Numbered from the stretch's first letter, positions 30,138-40,270 are shown. The stretch: 64,000 nt of DNA from Prevotella sp. (GCA_031285625.1 JAITVV010000017.1:62945-126944), one strand, 5' to 3'. Program-made: numbers and translations. The notes: generated by a model not told the origin, from the letters alone.

Positions 30138-30228
30138 CGTTGAGATGTCTCCTTACAGTCGACATGACGAGATAATAAGAAAAGGTAACAGCTAAAACAA
30201 TGCAAAAGATGTAACCTTTGTCACCTTT
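30138..30228 (+). repeat. about 91-bp direct repeat, copy 2 (includes dispersed element copy D)
   Basis: CGTTGAGATGTCTCCTTACAGTCGACATGACGAGA...TGTAACCTTTGTCACCTTT. Confidence 0.9.
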
Positions 30229-30380
30229 ATATTTAGTATATTAGCTATCAGGCTTCTGGTTTACTAATTCAACACCTAGTATACTTTGAAAATGTAAAAC
30301 TAAGCGTTATTATTTTTATTTGATCAATGTGCAACTTTTCAGTTTTAAATTGCATCATAATATATAGAGAGTAAAAACCA

Positions 30381-30941
30381 ATGGACGAACTACAGTTAAT
30401 TGCCGGATGTAAACGTGGCGAATCATGGGCTCGTAAGAAATTATACGAGTTGCATGCTCCTGCTATGATGAGCGTTTGTATGCGGTATATTAATAATAGG
30501 GAAACGGCCAAAGATTTACTTCAGGATGGCTTCATAAAAGTATTCACAAAAATCGACACTTATTCCGGCGCCGGGTCTTTTAAGGGGTGGATGCGCCGGG
30601 TCTTTGTAACAACAGCCCTTGAGCACCTTCGGCGTAACGATGCCCTACGGCTCAGTTCAGATATAGATGAGTATGACGATACTATTGAGAATATAGAAGC
30701 TTCTGCTGTAGACCAACTCTCTGCGAATGAATTATTAGCTTGTATAGCCAGGTTGCCTAATGGATATCGCACTGTTTTCAATCTGTATGCTATTGAGGGA
30801 TATTCTCATAGCGAAATTGCTAACATGCTAAACATCAACGAAAGCACTTCCCGTTCACAGTTTATTAGAGCACGGAAAGTTTTACAAAAAAGTGTGGAAT
30901 CTTTAATAACGCATGCAAATGCAAGACAAAGAAAAGTATAA
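30381..30941 (+). CDS. ECF RNA polymerase sigma factor
   Basis: AKDLLQDGFIKVF, GSFKGWMRR, LPNGYRTVFNLYAIEGYSHSEIA..STSRSQ. Confidence 0.95.
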   Translation: MDELQLIAGCKRGESWARKKLYELHAPAMMSVCMRYINNRETAKDLLQDGFIKVFTKIDTYSGAGSFKGWMRRVFVTTALEHLRRNDALRLSSDIDEYDDTIENIEASAVDQLSANELLACIARLPNGYRTVFNLYAIEGYSHSEIANMLNINESTSRSQFIRARKVLQKSVESLITHANARQRKV

Positions 30942-32205
30942 AAGTCAACTTGACGGTTTCAGTGAACTGATAAGGCAAAAAGTGGAAAACCACACGATGC
31001 CTGTTGATGCAGACTGCTGGGATGAAATAGAACTACGCATGAATCCAAAAAGGCGGTCAATTGCGTGGTGGGTGGCTGGTTCTGCGGCCGCAGCTGCAAT
31101 CTTACTTATACTTTTATTCTTTCCGTATGGAAAGGATGAAAGCTTATACCTCGAGGCTGTTCAAACAAATGAATTTATAGACTTTATCTCATCACCGACA
31201 CAATTAGGAAAAGATAAAGAAGACCAAACTGTAAAGAAAAAAATTGAAAGACAAAATATAACAATAAAGAAATCTACAGGAAGCGTCCAGTTGATTTCAC
31301 AACAAGCAAGTAAGACAATATCAGAAAAAGATGGTTCGTCCGGCACAACGCAACCTGTTGAAAATTCTCTGTTAATGATTGATAGTGTCCAGCTTGCAAC
31401 TATTGGCAATTCTCTCACAATTGCAGATCCTGATGATGAGCCTGACCAACTAGTAACAGACTCTGTCCCTTCTCGGATGAAAAAGGAAATTAGAAAAGAA
31501 GAAAAACCAACTAAAATTTTGATTGAAAAGACTAAGAAACAAGACAAGTGGCTGTTAGCAGCATCTTTCTCCTCAGGAGGGAGCTCTTCTATCGGAGGTG
31601 AAGCACAAAAAGGCTATGACTTTTTAAGTTCCTTGCCTCCGGCATTAGAAGATGCATCTTCTCCCGAAGACTATGGCAGCAAGTTTCTCTCATATGAAGA
31701 ATTCTCAAGTGTAAACCACTCTATGCCTATATCATTCGGCCTCTCTGTACGTAAAAATCTCAATGATCGTATTGGCGTTGAAGCAGGTCTGATGTATACT
31801 TATCTGTCTTCAAAATTCAATAATGGCGGTCATGCACGGGCAAAACAAGAATTACACTATTTAGGTATTCCTGTCAATGTCATAGTTTATATATGGAATA
31901 ATCCAAACTGGAGTATATATGCTTCAGCAGGAGGTATGGCAGAAAAAGGCCTAAGAATGAATTTAACTCAAAGTGTATATCAGGGCAACAATCCGCCATC
32001 CGAACTTTCCGTAAAAGAAAGTATAGACGGACTACAATGGTCTATAAATGCATCGATAGGTATTTCATACAAATTTTATCAGAATTGGGGACTGTATTTC
32101 GAGCCGCGTTATTCTTATTTCTTTGACAACAATCAACCTTTTAGTATTCGTACTGAGAACTCCCAGACATTTGGTCTTAGTGCCGGGTTAAGATATGAGT
32201 TTTAA
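30913..32205 (+). CDS. anti-sigma-like protein: N-terminal cytoplasmic domain, TM helix, linker and C-terminal outer-membrane beta-barrel
   Basis: overlaps the sigma gene; WDEIE, TM (IAWWVAGSAAAAAILLILLFF), low-complexity linker, QELHYLGIPV, LYFEP, terminal GLRYEF. Confidence 0.8.
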   Translation: MQMQDKEKYKSQLDGFSELIRQKVENHTMPVDADCWDEIELRMNPKRRSIAWWVAGSAAAAAILLILLFFPYGKDESLYLEAVQTNEFIDFISSPTQLGKDKEDQTVKKKIERQNITIKKSTGSVQLISQQASKTISEKDGSSGTTQPVENSLLMIDSVQLATIGNSLTIADPDDEPDQLVTDSVPSRMKKEIRKEEKPTKILIEKTKKQDKWLLAASFSSGGSSSIGGEAQKGYDFLSSLPPALEDASSPEDYGSKFLSYEEFSSVNHSMPISFGLSVRKNLNDRIGVEAGLMYTYLSSKFNNGGHARAKQELHYLGIPVNVIVYIWNNPNWSIYASAGGMAEKGLRMNLTQSVYQGNNPPSELSVKESIDGLQWSINASIGISYKFYQNWGLYFEPRYSYFFDNNQPFSIRTENSQTFGLSAGLRYEF

Positions 32206-32327
32206 ACATTAACATTATAATGTATTGCTGACGACGGACTATATCAATACGATTATTCAGACCTGAAAAATATAAAACAATTAAGTAAGTTATCCATAGG
32301 ACAATAAATGCCTTTTTTAATTTTGTT

Positions 32328-32358
32328 AAAGCACTGCGTTACTATTCGTAGTGCTTTT
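32328..32358. terminator. bidirectional terminator
   Basis: AAAGCACT..AGTGCTTTT stem between convergent genes. Confidence 0.6.
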
Positions 32359-32375
32359 ATTGTAAAAGGCTACAA

Positions 32376-33362
32376 TCACAAAGAATAAAGTTCTTTATCT
32401 TCAGCCAGATTTCTAATATATTCCTTCTGATGTTGAAAAAAATCCATTTGAGTTGCTTCATTTGAAGCTGTTATCAATACCGAATTCTTCATTAAAGACT
32501 CTAAACTTCTTTTATGTATCGAGCATAAATTTTTATCAACTGTCAATAGAGGCTGCATACTATACTGATAAAAGAAGGTTTTACATTTCTCATCACATTC
32601 TATATACATACTATTGCTATATACATTGAGATATGATAAGAAGAGTGAATGAGTTACACCTAAATGCATTCCATTTAAGGCCAATAGTTCTGTATGTTTT
32701 ATTATTTCATTCAGGTCACTGGCTATAAGATGTAATTCCCTATTATTTATAAGTTTTCTTCTATAATAATATTGAATATCCTTTATAGTATTAAAATAAA
32801 TAAGTTTATCCAATATAAATATTGTGTTGTTTATATCCTTTAATTGAGTAAGCACCTTATTTTTTTTCTCTATTATCTCTGTCGGTATTATTATATCTTC
32901 CAAACATATCTTTAGGGGGTTTTTAGATGATTGTATCAGGTACTTATAATAAAAGAATTTGAAAAGATTATCTGACCCTACAGTGTATACAAGCCAGAGA
33001 TTATTCATTGCAAATATAGCCTTACGAGTCCCCGATTTATTTTCTGCTAATAAATTTTCATAAAAATGCTCCAGTATATTCAGAAAGAAATTCTGAATAC
33101 TGAATTCATCTTTTTTAGGATATATAAAGATTACTTTATCACTGGAATCTGCATGTACTATGTCTTCTATAGAGATATCCAATTCTGATGAGATTTCTAC
33201 GACTTCATCATATGTAAAAGGCAATTGACAGTTCAGTCTACGATAGGCAGATACTTTACTAATACCCAACAAGTCTACAAGAAAATCGACTGATTTGATA
33301 TGATCGGGGATAGCCTTTAATATTTTCTCTACAAATATCCCTCTGGAATTTATTTTATCCAT
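32376..33362 (-). CDS. putative transcriptional regulator with N-terminal HTH (BetR-like)
   Basis: LVDLLGISKVSAYRRL..PFTYDE..ISIED; AT-rich gene. Confidence 0.7.
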   Translation of the reverse strand: MDKINSRGIFVEKILKAIPDHIKSVDFLVDLLGISKVSAYRRLNCQLPFTYDEVVEISSELDISIEDIVHADSSDKVIFIYPKKDEFSIQNFFLNILEHFYENLLAENKSGTRKAIFAMNNLWLVYTVGSDNLFKFFYYKYLIQSSKNPLKICLEDIIIPTEIIEKKNKVLTQLKDINNTIFILDKLIYFNTIKDIQYYYRRKLINNRELHLIASDLNEIIKHTELLALNGMHLGVTHSLFLSYLNVYSNSMYIECDEKCKTFFYQYSMQPLLTVDKNLCSIHKRSLESLMKNSVLITASNEATQMDFFQHQKEYIRNLAEDKELYSL

Positions 33363-33490
33363 AGTGTTTTTTTAAAGGGTAATAAATGGGCATTAATGAC
33401 AAAATAATTTGAAAAGAAATATATCATATATGGAATAAAACTCTCCATATAATTCATTTATGAGAATAACTCACCTAACTATAAAAAAAC

Positions 33491-33504
33491 TGTCAGATAT
33501 GACA
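33491..33504. promoter_or_regulatory. candidate palindromic operator
   Basis: TGTCA-gata-TGACA in the divergent intergenic region, upstream of a TAATTTTG -7 element (33578-33585). Confidence 0.35.
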
Positions 33505-33657
33505 AAACTAATAACAAGCGTTTCATAAATACACAAATTTAGTCAAAAACGAGAAAATAAACCTACATTTTAGTAAGTAATTTTGCATAAGATCATACAA
33601 AAAAGATATAAATGCGCCCAATACATTTATACCATGTCTAATTTAAAAAATAAAAAA

Positions 33658-34362
33658 ATGCTATCTATACTGAAAAAGACAACAGCCATCCTTGCAGTAC
33701 TTATATTTATATTTTCATATAACCTGAAAGCTCAGGTTACAATAGGCTCGAGTCTGGAACCTGAGAAAGCTGCAATACTGGACATAAAAGACAAAAAAAA
33801 TGAAACGAACCCTAATGAACTGGAAACTGCAGATCTTGGAGGTCTACTACTCCCAAGAGTAAATTTGAATGATATCACTAAATTTGATATTTTTTCTACT
33901 GTTCATGAAAATGATGGTGATATTGCAACCCAAAAGAAGAGACATACAGGACTTATGGTTTATAACCTAAATGAAGCTCCACTAAAAAATCTTGAAAAAG
34001 GTATATATGTATGGAACGGGGAGAAATGGGAGAAATCCTCTTTTGTTAGACGTGTTAATTTCTTCTACATGCCTTCTATAAAAGTAGAGGCACCTAACAG
34101 TGGATATGAAGGAAGAATCGAATTGTATAAAGAATATAAAAAACAATTTGAACAACCTGTTGCTAAAAGCACAGGAGCCCCTGCCTCTATACCATTTTAT
34201 GCTGCCGAAGGCGACCTCTATTATTACATTTCATATTGGGACACCAGCGTCTTTGATGCAAGTAATTCCACTATAGATGAAAATGGTGTTTTCGAATATA
34301 AGATAATTAACCCACCTACAGAAGGTATATCATTTATCAATATTATCCTTGTTGTAAAATAG
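33658..34362 (+). CDS. secreted hypothetical protein
   Basis: signal peptide ending LKA-Q; QVTIG..ILDIK..GGLLLPRV..GLMVYN..GIYVWNGEKW module; C-terminal FFYMPSI..YKKQF domain. Confidence 0.75.
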   Translation: MLSILKKTTAILAVLIFIFSYNLKAQVTIGSSLEPEKAAILDIKDKKNETNPNELETADLGGLLLPRVNLNDITKFDIFSTVHENDGDIATQKKRHTGLMVYNLNEAPLKNLEKGIYVWNGEKWEKSSFVRRVNFFYMPSIKVEAPNSGYEGRIELYKEYKKQFEQPVAKSTGAPASIPFYAAEGDLYYYISYWDTSVFDASNSTIDENGVFEYKIINPPTEGISFINIILVVK

Positions 34363-34388
34363 TCCAATTCAATTCTAACACTCTTTTT

Positions 34389-36023
34389 ATGAAACTCTAT
34401 AAATATTATATATCTATTTCACTATTCATTTTCTTTGCCAATGGCATTATAGCACAAGAAAATGAAGATTTTGGGGATTTCCCTTATCAGGAATCCTTTT
34501 TGAATCAGATTACCCTTCCCGTAGGGGTCATAAGGCCAGACCCAGCAAAGAATAGTGCTAAACCAGACGTGAATGGGCTAATCCTCACTCCTGATGAGTA
34601 TAATAAATTCGGTGCTATATATCTGGACAATCATAAATTCAAATCGAGAAATGGAATTCTCATCGAATTTGAGTATATGATTTTTAATGATGATGAGAAT
34701 GAAAAGAATTTCGGAGGAGACGGATTATCATTATTCTTCTTTAATGCAGACCTTAAAGGAGAAACTCCTAATATTGGGGCAGCAGGAGCAGGATTAGGTT
34801 ATACCTATAACCGAAGTTTGCTAAATACACCTGCTAATGTATATCGAGCGGAAGGACTACGGGGAGCCTACATGGGGGTTGCTTTCGACTCATATGGTAA
34901 CTTCAAAGAACTACGTTTCCAGGGAGAGTCACGTGTTAGTGGGCTACCTCTGGCATTTACATCCACAGGTGCCAATGATATTAGACCAGATCCCGGTACA
35001 GATATGACCAATCATGTAACAATACGTGGAGCCCGGAGACTACAAGGATTTAGCCCTCCCGGCATGGGGCTAGGATATTGCGGTTACCCTGTACTTGTAT
35101 CTCAATCAACCATAAATGATTATGGAGTTAAATTAAAAACAGTCAGCAATTATGCATATACAAAAGAAAAATTATCTATAGGAAAAAATTACTTTAAAAT
35201 TCGTGGAGGTAAAGAATTTGAAAAGCCCGGCGATAAAGGTTACAGAAAAGCTTTTGTAGAATTGTTCCCAAATGGTGATGAAGGTTTCTTCGTTTCGGTA
35301 ATGATAGAGCATGAAACAAAAAAAGATACCATTATTTATGATTATGAATATAAAAAGAGCCTTACCTATCTGGAGAATGCCATTACAGATCCTGCAAATC
35401 TTGGCGATAATACCGATCAACAAGTACCTAGAACAACAGCTTCTGTACAAACCCTGGACGTACCTATACCTCTGGAATTGAAAATCGGATTGGCGGCAGC
35501 TACAGGTAATGGCTTGGCAGGCAGTAAACATGACAAACATGTAATAAAAAATCTAGGTATCAGGTTACCGCGTTCTGCTGAAGCATATGACGACTTCCTT
35601 GATGATCAATATGCAGGAATAACAGTAACTTTTAAACCACTCCTCAACGACCTGGCATACAAAGGTCTCATAAGTAAACAGCAGAAAGGTGATCCCAAGA
35701 ATATAGATCCTACAACATTCCGATTCATCAAACCTGATGGAAAACCGAGTGATGATTATTACAATTACACTGATACTGATGGAGGTATATGGAAATATGA
35801 CGAAACGACCGGAGCTGTAACATACAGGCATCCTGATAGAACTTTTACAGGAAAACCGAGAGTAAAATACAGTATAAAGGGATTACCGGATCCACCAAAC
35901 CCATATGCTAATGAAGCCTATCGATCGCTTCCCGCAACAATAGGAGTAAATATCATAGAGAACCCGAATAAACAAAAGAATATTATATCCAACAGAATGA
36001 TAACAAATGATGTGACAGGATAA
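34389..36023 (+). CDS. secreted protein with a legume (L-type) lectin-like domain and a C-terminal Ig/cadherin-like module
   Basis: signal peptide; LILTP..GAIY, GGDGLSLFF, GAYMGVAFDSYGNF, KIGLAAATG; PLLND..GAVTY. Confidence 0.7.
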   Translation: MKLYKYYISISLFIFFANGIIAQENEDFGDFPYQESFLNQITLPVGVIRPDPAKNSAKPDVNGLILTPDEYNKFGAIYLDNHKFKSRNGILIEFEYMIFNDDENEKNFGGDGLSLFFFNADLKGETPNIGAAGAGLGYTYNRSLLNTPANVYRAEGLRGAYMGVAFDSYGNFKELRFQGESRVSGLPLAFTSTGANDIRPDPGTDMTNHVTIRGARRLQGFSPPGMGLGYCGYPVLVSQSTINDYGVKLKTVSNYAYTKEKLSIGKNYFKIRGGKEFEKPGDKGYRKAFVELFPNGDEGFFVSVMIEHETKKDTIIYDYEYKKSLTYLENAITDPANLGDNTDQQVPRTTASVQTLDVPIPLELKIGLAAATGNGLAGSKHDKHVIKNLGIRLPRSAEAYDDFLDDQYAGITVTFKPLLNDLAYKGLISKQQKGDPKNIDPTTFRFIKPDGKPSDDYYNYTDTDGGIWKYDETTGAVTYRHPDRTFTGKPRVKYSIKGLPDPPNPYANEAYRSLPATIGVNIIENPNKQKNIISNRMITNDVTG

Positions 36024-36045
36024 AGGTTCATTATTAGTTGATGAA

Positions 36046-36070
36046 TAACCCCTCTTAATGAGGGGTTAAT
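36046..36070. terminator. hairpin, possible terminator
   Basis: TAACCCCTC-ttaat-GAGGGGTTA. Confidence 0.55.
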
Positions 36071-36132
36071 TGTTAAACACCTCATACATATGATAGAAAA
36101 TATGTATATTTGTAGCCTAAGATCTAGAAATA

Positions 36133-36723
36133 ATGAACTTCCTTGCACACGCTTATCTCTCATTTGGGAATCCAGATATATTAGTTGGAAATATGATAGC
36201 CGATCAGGTAAAAGGCAGACAGATAGAAACATACCCAGAGGCCATTCAACATGGCATTCATATACATCGCAAAATAGATGCTTTTACAGACAGTCACCCT
36301 GTTACATTAGAAACAATGTCTATCTTCAGAGCTTCCGCAGGGAAATATGCTGGAGCATTTCTGGATGTATCTTATGATCACTTTCTTGCTATTGACAATC
36401 AGAATGAGCCTGAAGAGGGATGGGAACCTTTTGCTCAAAGGTGTTACTCTCAGATCGAACTACACACCGAGCTTCTCCCATCCAAATTCTGTACAATGTT
36501 TATGTATATGAAAAAAGAAGACTGGCTCTACAACTACAGGTATAACTGGCTTATAGAAAAAAGTTTTGAGAGATTAAAAAACCGGGCTAATTACCTTGAT
36601 GATAATGCTCCTGTTTTTTCTGACTTCGAAAATCATTATCGGGAAATTCAAGAAAGTTATAATACATTTTTTCCAGAGTTAAAAGCTTATATAAAAGATA
36701 TAATACAAAATAAAGAACCTTAA
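36133..36723 (+). CDS. acpH: ACP phosphodiesterase (AcpH/DUF479 family)
   Basis: MNFLAHAYLS, GNMIADQVKG, GIHIHRKIDAFTDSHP, DVSYDHFLA. Confidence 0.88.
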   Translation: MNFLAHAYLSFGNPDILVGNMIADQVKGRQIETYPEAIQHGIHIHRKIDAFTDSHPVTLETMSIFRASAGKYAGAFLDVSYDHFLAIDNQNEPEEGWEPFAQRCYSQIELHTELLPSKFCTMFMYMKKEDWLYNYRYNWLIEKSFERLKNRANYLDDNAPVFSDFENHYREIQESYNTFFPELKAYIKDIIQNKEP

Positions 36724-36740
36724 ATCGCTATACAAATATT

Positions 36741-37718
36741 ATGTTTGAGAATAAATTTTTACGAATGCTCTTCGATTATAGAGGAACAATCAGCCGTCGG
36801 CAATATTGGGGCAGTTTGCTTTTTTTGTTGATCTTACTATCCACCAGTAATCTCATATACAGATGGGAATTTTTGGGTACTTTATTAGGGGTTGACAGAG
36901 GAGATTCTATCCAAAGTTACAACTTTGATGCGTATCTCTTCCTAACATATCTCTCTAATGCTTTTATAACGATCTTATATTTTTCATCTATCGCTGTAGC
37001 CATATCCTTAATAGTGGTGACATTGAAGCGTAGTAAGACTTTAGGATATTCAAAAGTATCATCATGGCTTTTTGCAATTATAACCTATCTGGCTTACTTC
37101 TCCCTCAATGCCCTGTCCAACTATTATCAATACAAAAGTAATAGTCATCGTTATAACGAAGTGAGTGATACTGCAAATATTGAAATGGTAATCCCCATTG
37201 GCCTTGTTATTATAGGTCTCCTTATAGCATTCACTATAATAATAGTTATTCTCCTATCCAGACAAACAGAAGTTGACAGTGAAGAAGATGTAGACTATTA
37301 CGCATACGACTCTATCAATTGTATATTTGGACTAATGAAGTTCTCGATAACATATACTATCATCATTATATGCTGGAAATATGCCCTGTCATGGATGATA
37401 GACCAGAGCCTTCTTCTCACAAAATTACTGGCATTTGCACTTATCATATCATATGTCTATTTCTACTTAAATATATTTGTAAAACGTTCGCGTGATGCAA
37501 GGGTGAATAGTGCATATATTATCTGCGCTTTCTTCCTTTTAATTATAATCATTGGGCTATATATTTTTGCAGGAGCAACATATCTGTTTGACGGAAAGCC
37601 TCTTTTTGGCTTCTTTTCTAATAAGATCTGCTTCATACTGATTAATCTTTATATAATAAGCACATATGTACTCATTGCTCTTCCCAGCAAACAGATTGAA
37701 TATGTAGATCCTGATTAA
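36741..37718 (+). CDS. DUF805-like polytopic membrane protein (two repeats)
   Basis: FDYRGTISRRQYW, VTLKRSKTLG and FVKRSRDA motifs. Confidence 0.65.
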   Translation: MFENKFLRMLFDYRGTISRRQYWGSLLFLLILLSTSNLIYRWEFLGTLLGVDRGDSIQSYNFDAYLFLTYLSNAFITILYFSSIAVAISLIVVTLKRSKTLGYSKVSSWLFAIITYLAYFSLNALSNYYQYKSNSHRYNEVSDTANIEMVIPIGLVIIGLLIAFTIIIVILLSRQTEVDSEEDVDYYAYDSINCIFGLMKFSITYTIIIICWKYALSWMIDQSLLLTKLLAFALIISYVYFYLNIFVKRSRDARVNSAYIICAFFLLIIIIGLYIFAGATYLFDGKPLFGFFSNKICFILINLYIISTYVLIALPSKQIEYVDPD

Positions 37719-37764
37719 TTGTATTATCTTTGTAAAAATAAACAATATAGAGTTATATCTAAAT

Positions 37765-38862
37765 ATGAAAATTCTTTTAATAGGTGAATATAGCCGGGTA
37801 CATCTTACGCTGGCTGAAGGATTGAGAAGCATGGGACATGAAGTTGTCGTTGCATCTGATGGTGATGGATTTAAAAATTACCCCCGGGATATTGATTTGT
37901 CCCGTAAGAGCTCGGGAATTATGGATACACTATCGAGTCTTATATCTGTCACTAACAAATTTAAGAAATTTAAAGACTATGATGTTGTACAACTTATAAA
38001 TCCCGGTTTTACGACTCAGAATGTTCGTGTAAATAACTATCTATATAAAAATCTGAAAAAGAATAATAAAAAAGTTTTTTTAGGAGCATTTGGAGATGAT
38101 TCGTACTGGGTACGTGCCTGCCTGGGAAATGAAATATTCGATTATTCTGAATTTTTTGTTGACGGTAAGGCCATAAATGTGGATTTCAACCAGCGATTTA
38201 TTGATAAATGGATAGATACACCATTAGAAACCTCTAATAAGATGATGGCCGAATCATCCGACGGAATTGTAGCCTGTCTCTACGAATATTATGTGGCTTA
38301 TGAGCCTTTCTTCGCAAACAAAGTACGTTATATACCATTACCTCTAAATACTTCCCAGATAGAATTTCAACCAATAGAAGAAGAACCTGAAAAAGTAAAT
38401 TTCTTTATCGGAATTAACAAAGTAAGAGAAAAATTTAAAGGTACTGATGTAATGGAAAAAGCATTAGCCAGAGTAAAAGACAAGTATCCGGACAAAGTAA
38501 TTGTTACCAGAGTAGAGTCGGTAAGCTACGATGTATATAAGCAGCTAATGTCGGAAGCCCATGTTGTTCTGGACCAGCTTTATTCGCACACACCGGCAAT
38601 GAATGCCCTGCTAGCTATGGCACAAGGTAAAGTTCTGATAGGAGGAGGCGAATCATATATCTATGACCTGTATGGAGAATACGATAACAGACCTATTATC
38701 AATGTACACCCAACCGAAGATGATGTATTTGAAAAATTGGAATGGGTGGTATTGAACAAAAAAGAGATCCCTCAAATATCGCGCAATAGCAGATTATTTG
38801 TGGAAAAGAATCACGACTATATGACTGTTTCGAAAAAGTATCTTGATTTCTGGTCTAAATAA
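37765..38862 (+). CDS. GT-B fold glycosyltransferase
   Basis: MKILLIGEYSRVH, KGTD, DQLYSHTPAMNALLAMAQGK. Confidence 0.85.
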   Translation: MKILLIGEYSRVHLTLAEGLRSMGHEVVVASDGDGFKNYPRDIDLSRKSSGIMDTLSSLISVTNKFKKFKDYDVVQLINPGFTTQNVRVNNYLYKNLKKNNKKVFLGAFGDDSYWVRACLGNEIFDYSEFFVDGKAINVDFNQRFIDKWIDTPLETSNKMMAESSDGIVACLYEYYVAYEPFFANKVRYIPLPLNTSQIEFQPIEEEPEKVNFFIGINKVREKFKGTDVMEKALARVKDKYPDKVIVTRVESVSYDVYKQLMSEAHVVLDQLYSHTPAMNALLAMAQGKVLIGGGESYIYDLYGEYDNRPIINVHPTEDDVFEKLEWVVLNKKEIPQISRNSRLFVEKNHDYMTVSKKYLDFWSK

Positions 38863-38884
38863 TTCAGTAACACTCTAAAAAATA

Positions 38885-38916
38885 ATAAGGACTATTCTTC
38901 CCAGAATAGTCCTTAT
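38885..38916. terminator. bidirectional terminator
   Basis: ATAAGGACTATTCT-tccc-AGAATAGTCCTTAT. Confidence 0.8.
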
Positions 38917-38970
38917 CTCTTATTTATTACCAAACTTTACAAAACATTTACCTTATATCTTACCTAATTA

Positions 38971-39723
38971 TTATCTTCTATTTGAAGCCAATCTGTAGTT
39001 ACTTCTTTCAGATGATCGACTAACTTTGGATTCTTTTTTATTATCACTTCTGCTAGTTGATCTGCTTACACTACTTCTATCCGATTGTCTATTTTTGTTG
39101 CTGTTAAAGTTTTGTTCTTTTTTATTATCTCTTTTTTTATTGTCACTATAGCTCTTATTATTGTTATTTCGTCCCTCATTACGAGAATGGTTCCGATTAT
39201 TATTGTAGTTATAATCTTTCTTATTATCCTTACGGTTATGATTATAATTATTGTGATTATCTCTACGATAGTTATTATGCTTATCTCCTGAATACCAAGC
39301 TATCTTATTATTACGGCTCGACCTGTAACGATCATCACGGCTATCACGGATCACATATTGGTGTCTATGCCCTTTGTAACGACCATAATCTCTGTAGTGA
39401 ACATTATTATATCTCCAAGGATTTACAGTATTAACAAGGACAACTTTATACATTCCATACAAATCGTAATGACGATAAGCATAAGGTAAGTAACGAGCTG
39501 ATATCCATCGTCCGCGATCCGGATAATAAAATAATCCAAGATTTACATTGTAGTAACAGTTAATATCAGGTATATAATAATAGTCCACGTAATCATAACC
39601 TACTGGCCCCCATGCCGGTTGATTTCCTATATTTATGCTGATGTTTACACTTTGAGCTTCAACTTTATTATTAAATGATGCTATTCCTATCAATAATGCA
39701 AATGCGAATATAAACTTTTTCAT
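38971..39723 (-). CDS. exported hypothetical protein with Tyr-rich domain and basic low-complexity tail
   Basis: signal peptide VEA-Q; QPAWGPVGYD..YYYIPDI; N/R/K/D/S-rich C-terminus. Confidence 0.75.
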   Translation of the reverse strand: MKKFIFAFALLIGIASFNNKVEAQSVNISINIGNQPAWGPVGYDYVDYYYIPDINCYYNVNLGLFYYPDRGRWISARYLPYAYRHYDLYGMYKVVLVNTVNPWRYNNVHYRDYGRYKGHRHQYVIRDSRDDRYRSSRNNKIAWYSGDKHNNYRRDNHNNYNHNRKDNKKDYNYNNNRNHSRNEGRNNNNKSYSDNKKRDNKKEQNFNSNKNRQSDRSSVSRSTSRSDNKKESKVSRSSERSNYRLASNRR

Positions 39724-39994
39724 AACTTTAAGTATTAAAAGGTGAATACTTGTTTTCATCTCTTTGTATCTTTGATGTTATATCTTTGAAAAAGATTAAT
39801 CGGCTCTGCGTTGTTTAACTTTAATTAACCTTAATAAAAACCAAAATAAAACAATAAAAAACTGTATATAAATAACATACACAACTTATCAAAAAGTTAA
39901 AATATAAATTAGCAAGAATGGATAACCTTATTTTTACATGTATTTTCTTTATTTGCATAGTAAATCATTTAATAACCTAAAAAATAAAAAAGTT

Positions 39995-40270
39995 ATGGAT
40001 CAGAAATTTTGTCAAAGCTGTGGAATGCCACTAAACGTTAGCGAAGAATTTGGAACAAATAAAGATCAAAGCCAAAATGATGAATATTGTATCTATTGCT
40101 TCAAAGATGGTGAATTTACCTCTGATTGTACAATGGATGAGATGATAGAGCATTGTTTATTGCATATCGACGAGTTTAATAAGAGCTCGGAAAAGAAATT
40201 CACAGTAGAAGAGGCACGTGCCGGAATGAAAGAGTTTTTCCCACACCTTAAACGATGGGCAAAGGCATAA
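39995..40270 (+). CDS. putative zinc-ribbon domain protein
   Basis: FCQSCGMP..YCIYCF..G.F..FPHLKRW. Confidence 0.85.
   Translation: MDQKFCQSCGMPLNVSEEFGTNKDQSQNDEYCIYCFKDGEFTSDCTMDEMIEHCLLHIDEFNKSSEKKFTVEEARAGMKEFFPHLKRWAKA

Noticed and set aside
29953-30228. Possible CRISPR array
   Set aside because: Only two units of about 91 bp, a palindromic rather than unique spacer, and no cas genes in the window.
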